From positions 1 to 29,316 of the forward strand of contig JBGAJQ010000063.1 of the NCBI GenBank assembly GCA_044224875.1: 29,316 nt of DNA. Direction: 5' to 3'. Position numbers and translations under genes: made by a program. Below are positions 25,343 to 29,316 of the stretch, piece after piece. Source of the DNA: Gemmatimonadaceae bacterium. Lineage in GTDB: Bacteria; Gemmatimonadota; Gemmatimonadetes; Gemmatimonadales; Gemmatimonadaceae. The notes below the pieces were generated by a model that saw only the letters and a program-made list of their open reading frames with translations, had not been told where the DNA came from and made no database searches. The number at the start of each line of letters is the position of its first letter. Position 1 is the stretch's first letter.

Positions 25343-26737
25343 ATGCTCCCCCTCCCCCTCTACCTCCCTTCCCCAGGCCGCACACTCCTCGTTGTGGCCA
25401 GCGCCATGGCAGTCCTTTCGCCTGTTCGAGCTGGCGCGCAGTCGCCTGACTATCGCGTTCGCCTCGACAGCCTGTTCGACATCCTGGCGTCGGCGCAGCG
25501 GACGATGGGATCTGTCACGATTCGGCGTGGCGAGCGGATCCTCTACGCCCGGACGATCGGCTATCGCGACAGCGCCGCCACCGGTTGGGTCCGTTCCGAC
25601 AGTGCAACCATGTTCCGTATCGGTTCGGTGACCAAGCCCTTCACTGCCGCGATGATCTATCAGCTCGTGGATCAACGACGCCTGACGCTTAGCGCGAAGC
25701 TGTCGCAGTTCTTCCCCAGGCTTCCCAATGCTGATGTCATCACTGTTCGCGACTTGCTGGGGCATACGAGCGGTCTGCCGGACTACACGTCGGGTCTCGG
25801 GGTGCTGGCACCGGTGTCGCGCGATTCATTGCTGCGACGCATCGAGACAGGTGCAGTGCAGTTTGCGCCCGGCACGAAGCGACGCTACTGCAACTCGAAC
25901 TATCTCCTGCTGGGATACATCGTCGAGGCAGTCACGAAGGGGACATACGCCGCTCAACTGAACCGCAGCATCGTTCGGCGCATCGGTCTCACGCGGACTC
26001 GTGTGGGTGCAGCAGTCCAATCAGGGGCCAACGAGGCGCGTGCGTACTACTTCAGCGATGGCCACTGGGAGCTGCAGCGGGACGACGCAATCGAGAACGC
26101 TGGCGGCGCGGGCTCGATCGTGTCCACCGCCGCGGACCTCACGCGCTTCCTCGCTGCGCTCTTCAGTGGGCGGCTGATCTCACGCTCGGCGCTCGCCGAG
26201 CTGACCACTGGATTCAACGACGGAACGTACCTCTATGGGAAGGGACTCGGCCCCTTCCAGATTCCCGGCGTCGCTAAGTCGGGCTACTCGCATGACGGGT
26301 CAATCGGCGCATTCACATCTCTCGTCGGCTACGTTCCCGACGATTCCCTGTCGGTAGCGCTGACAATCAACGGCCACAACTATCCACAGAATCGCCTCTT
26401 CTTTCACATCTGGGACATTCTGTACGGGACAGCAGAACCCTTGCCGACCTTCGCCCCGACCGACCTGCCGTCGTCTTTGGCGCCTGCCTTTATCAGTGTG
26501 TACGTCGCGGAAGCGTACGGCCTAACGATTACGCTTCGGAAGGCCGGGGCCGCGCTCGAGGCGCAGACGACCGGGCAAGATCCGTTTCCGCTCACATACG
26601 TCGGTGCGAATCGCTTCGTGAACGATCGCGATGGTATTCTCATTGAGTGTGCCGCTCCCGTTGACGGCGTTTCTCCGCGATGCACGCTGTATCAGCAGAA
26701 GTTTGCGATTCCGCTGGTGCGCGCGGAGGGTCGGTGA
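25343..26737 (+). CDS. Secreted serine hydrolase, beta-lactamase class C / D-Ala-D-Ala peptidase-like
   Basis: Signal peptide (AGA-Q); FRIGSVTK, LLGHTSG, YCNSNY and HDG motifs. Confidence 0.9.
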   Translation: MLPLPLYLPSPGRTLLVVASAMAVLSPVRAGAQSPDYRVRLDSLFDILASAQRTMGSVTIRRGERILYARTIGYRDSAATGWVRSDSATMFRIGSVTKPFTAAMIYQLVDQRRLTLSAKLSQFFPRLPNADVITVRDLLGHTSGLPDYTSGLGVLAPVSRDSLLRRIETGAVQFAPGTKRRYCNSNYLLLGYIVEAVTKGTYAAQLNRSIVRRIGLTRTRVGAAVQSGANEARAYYFSDGHWELQRDDAIENAGGAGSIVSTAADLTRFLAALFSGRLISRSALAELTTGFNDGTYLYGKGLGPFQIPGVAKSGYSHDGSIGAFTSLVGYVPDDSLSVALTINGHNYPQNRLFFHIWDILYGTAEPLPTFAPTDLPSSLAPAFISVYVAEAYGLTITLRKAGAALEAQTTGQDPFPLTYVGANRFVNDRDGILIECAAPVDGVSPRCTLYQQKFAIPLVRAEGR

Positions 26738-26779
26738 AAGCGACACCGCGCCACCGCGCCGGGCCACCCGAATGGGCGT

Positions 26780-27578
26780 TTACGCTGACGGCTGGCCCAG
26801 CTTGGTACTCGTGCCACGAGTCGCCAGCGGCGGCGAGCCGAACTGCGTGTCATCCCAGTCCCGCAACAACTCCACAAAGGCGTCGCCCGACAGCGGCAAC
26901 GAGAAGAGGTAGCCCTGCCCCATGGAACAGCCGAGGGACCGCAGCCAGGTGAGTTGGTCGCGCGTCTCGATGCCCTCGGCGATCGTGCGCAGGGACAGGC
27001 TCTGCCCCATCGAGATGATGGCCTTGGTCACACCATCGTTGCCTCGATTGTCGCGCACCCACGAGACAAACCTCTTGTCCACCTTCAGCACATCGATTGG
27101 GAAGTGACGAAGGTAGGCGAGCGCCGAGTATCCCGTGCCGAAGTCGTCGAAGGCGACTCGCAGACCAAGGTCGCGTAGCGCCTGCAGCCGCCCAGCGACC
27201 ACGCCTTCACTCGACGCCAGCACCGACTCCGTCAGCTCAATCGCTAGCGCCGATCCGGTGATGCCGGCCGCGTTCATGGCGGCGGTGACGTCGGAGACGA
27301 GGTCGGGCGCCAGCAGCTGACGAGCCGATAGGTTCACCGCTACACGCAGGTTGGCGGCCGCTGGGATCGCGGAGCGGAAGCGCGCCGCGTCTTCGGCGGC
27401 ACGGCGAAGCACCACACGGCCGATGGCGACGATCAGGTCCGACTCCTCGGCGACCGAAATGAATCGCGCGGGGAGAATGGCGCCCTTCTCTGGATGCTGC
27501 CAGCGCTTCGGCGCCCGAGACGCGACCCGTCTGGAGGTCCACAGCGGGCTGGTACAGGCCGACAACTTCGTCGCGCAC
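26780..27578 (-). pseudogene. Frameshifted, 5'-truncated EAL-domain (c-di-GMP phosphodiesterase) gene
   Basis: YQPAVDLQTGRVSGAEAL in one frame, then RWQHPEKG...VNLSARQ...IELTES...DDFGTGYS...LKVDK...AEGIET...GQGYLFS in another. Frame break near 27500-27510. Confidence 0.8.
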
Positions 27579-27612
27579 CCTCGCCCATGCTACCGTACCT
27601 TCACCGCCAGCC

Positions 27613-29028
27613 TCAACGAGCGGATGCGCGAGGAATCGCTTCCATCAGCAAAGCCTGCGCACGCTTGAGGTCTTCAAAACCCACACGCATGCCCGGGTAG
27701 TGCCCCATCCGCACGATCACGAGGTCGTGCGACGGGACGATGAACACGTCCTGCTCTCCGGCGCCGCGAAAGGCAAACGCCGAGCGCGGCAGCGCCCAGG
27801 CGCTGTCCCCGTTCACCCACACCATGCCGCCGTAGACCGGTGTGCGCCACGCCGGCGCTGGAGTCGAGACGAATTGCACGAAGCCCTCGGGGAGGAGCCG
27901 CTCACCCATCCAGACGCCGTCGTTCAGGTACAACATGCCGAGTCGAGCCCAGTTGCGCGCCGTGCCGTAGTCGTAGCCCGTGATCAGAAAATTTCCGTAG
28001 GGGTCCGTCTCGAGCATTTGCCGGCGCATGCCGAGCTTGTCGAACAGCGCGCGCTGGGGATACGTGAGGTACTCCTCTCTTCGTTTTCGAACCGTCTCGC
28101 GCACGATGTATCCGAGCATTAGCGGGTCAACGTTGCGGTAGCGTCCGAACGTGTTCGGCTCAAACTGCAACGGGCGCGTCGTCACGAACTGCGCGGCGTC
28201 GATGGCACCGGTATACGGCAAGTCGTGGTCGTGGTAGCCCGGAATGTCTTCAGGAGAGCCTCGGCTGAACCGGAGTCCGCTGCTCATGCGCATCAGGTCC
28301 ATGATGCGAATCCTTGCGCGAGGATCATCGGCGACCTTCTGCCACTCCGGAACTGGAGCCGGGTCTTCCAGCTTGAACGCGCCGTCGTTGATCAACCGTC
28401 CGATCAGCGTGCCGACGATGCTCTTCCCCATCGACCAGCTCTCCAGCCGCATGTCAGCATTCGCCCCCTGTGCATAACGCTCGGCGATGATGTGCCCGCG
28501 ATGCACGACGACGAAGGCCGCCGTCAGGCCCGCCGGATCAGCGAACGCGGCGTCGACAGCCGCTCGGAGCTTGGCGGCATCCACGCCAGCGCCCGGGGCG
28601 GTGACCGCGCCGTGATCTCCCATGGGCCAGTCGGTCGTTGCGGCTGGCGGTAACGTCGAGGGTACAGGTATCGGTGCGAAGAAGATCGTGTCGACACCCG
28701 GCTGGTGGATGATGCACCCCTGGTCGCCGTAGAACTGCGCTTCTCGCGTCAGGCGGTTGGCAAGCGTTGCCCGGACGATCTTGCGGTTGCGGTCGACCGC
28801 GAACGTCAGCGAGTCCTTCTTGACACCGATGAAGTAGTCGGTCAGGTGAGCGACGGCCTCTGCTTGCTCGCGTCCAGAGACAAAGAGTGCAGAGCAGAGG
28901 ATCTTGGCGGTACCGGCGGTGCGCCAGCTGTCGGGATTGTCCGGCGGGAAACCGGGTTGCGCGCGCAGCGCCAACGGGCCAACGAGCGACGTGAGGAGGA
29001 GCGTGGTCCGGAAGACAGCTCGCATCAT
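27613..29028 (-). CDS. Secreted serine hydrolase (NylB/6-aminohexanoate-dimer-hydrolase-like beta-lactamase fold)
   Basis: Signal peptide; AKILCSALFVSGR N-domain; SWSMGKS (SxxK), LMRMSSGL, YRN and ARNWARLG motifs. Confidence 0.88.
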   Translation of the reverse strand: MMRAVFRTTLLLTSLVGPLALRAQPGFPPDNPDSWRTAGTAKILCSALFVSGREQAEAVAHLTDYFIGVKKDSLTFAVDRNRKIVRATLANRLTREAQFYGDQGCIIHQPGVDTIFFAPIPVPSTLPPAATTDWPMGDHGAVTAPGAGVDAAKLRAAVDAAFADPAGLTAAFVVVHRGHIIAERYAQGANADMRLESWSMGKSIVGTLIGRLINDGAFKLEDPAPVPEWQKVADDPRARIRIMDLMRMSSGLRFSRGSPEDIPGYHDHDLPYTGAIDAAQFVTTRPLQFEPNTFGRYRNVDPLMLGYIVRETVRKRREEYLTYPQRALFDKLGMRRQMLETDPYGNFLITGYDYGTARNWARLGMLYLNDGVWMGERLLPEGFVQFVSTPAPAWRTPVYGGMVWVNGDSAWALPRSAFAFRGAGEQDVFIVPSHDLVIVRMGHYPGMRVGFEDLKRAQALLMEAIPRASAR

Positions 29029-29103
29029 ATCAGGGAAGCGCTATTCGGTGGGGGCCCGGAATGCTTGTCGCTTCCGCTACCGTGTGCTTGAAGCGCTGTC
29101 CCG

Positions 29104-29316
29104 TCAACATGAAGTCGGTCTCCACACGATCGCGTGGCTCACGTTTAACGGCAAGCTCGTTCCAACGGCCGTACCGCATTCGTTGACATCGCTGATGTCT
29201 GACAGGGCACCGCCGGGCGCGACTGGAATGGGTACTCCGTCTACCCAGATGTAAGGGAGGTATTGGCCACCACTCGGAGCTGCCCACCCGTAGACTGCGC
29301 CGCGGGCGTCGATCCG
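29104..29316 (-). CDS. C-terminal part of an extracellular-repeat protein paralogous to 10800-11834 (runs off the window)
   Basis: Hand translation RIDARGAVYGWAAPSGGQYLPYIWVDGVPIPVAPGGALSDISDVNECGTAVGTSLPLNVSHAIVWRPTSC* aligns with SVDARGTVFGW...FVWENGIP...GALSSVYGVNECGVMVGS...HALRWDTTC*. Confidence 0.85.
   Translation of the reverse strand, partial: RIDARGAVYGWAAPSGGQYLPYIWVDGVPIPVAPGGALSDISDVNECGTAVGTSLPLNVSHAIVWRPTSC

Overview
A GC-rich bacterial chromosome segment. The gene repertoire suggests Gemmatimonadota, but that is inference only. It is a patchwork of accessory genes with no rRNA, complete tRNA, CRISPR array, integrase or transposase. Recognisable genes are: DUF4153, DUF5655, DUF1801 and PRC-barrel proteins; an MscS channel; a CPA2 cation/H+ antiporter coupled to a Cys-tail membrane protein; three beta-lactamase-fold serine hydrolases; a Tat-exported MBL-fold hydrolase; a cupin; an ABC ATPase plus permease/M1-aminopeptidase fusion; RtcB; a RelE/HTH toxin-antitoxin pair; and a BlaI/M56 (BlaR1-like) divergon with visible operators. 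The most unusual element is a tightly coupled three-gene unit at 7090-10576. It encodes a phage-fibre-like protein (ten 37-aa repeats in exact register plus a C-terminal autocleaving-chaperone-like domain), a metzincin-like protein whose zinc-ligand histidines are replaced by arginines, and a HEAT-repeat protein, preceded by a palindromic site. Several intergenic gaps contain decayed gene fragments, including a duplicated cupin promoter/5' end, a truncated ORF and a frameshifted EAL domain. The last 213 bp encode a paralogue of the repeat lipoprotein at 10800-11834 that the ORF track missed. All family assignments come from motif recognition by eye, not from database searches.
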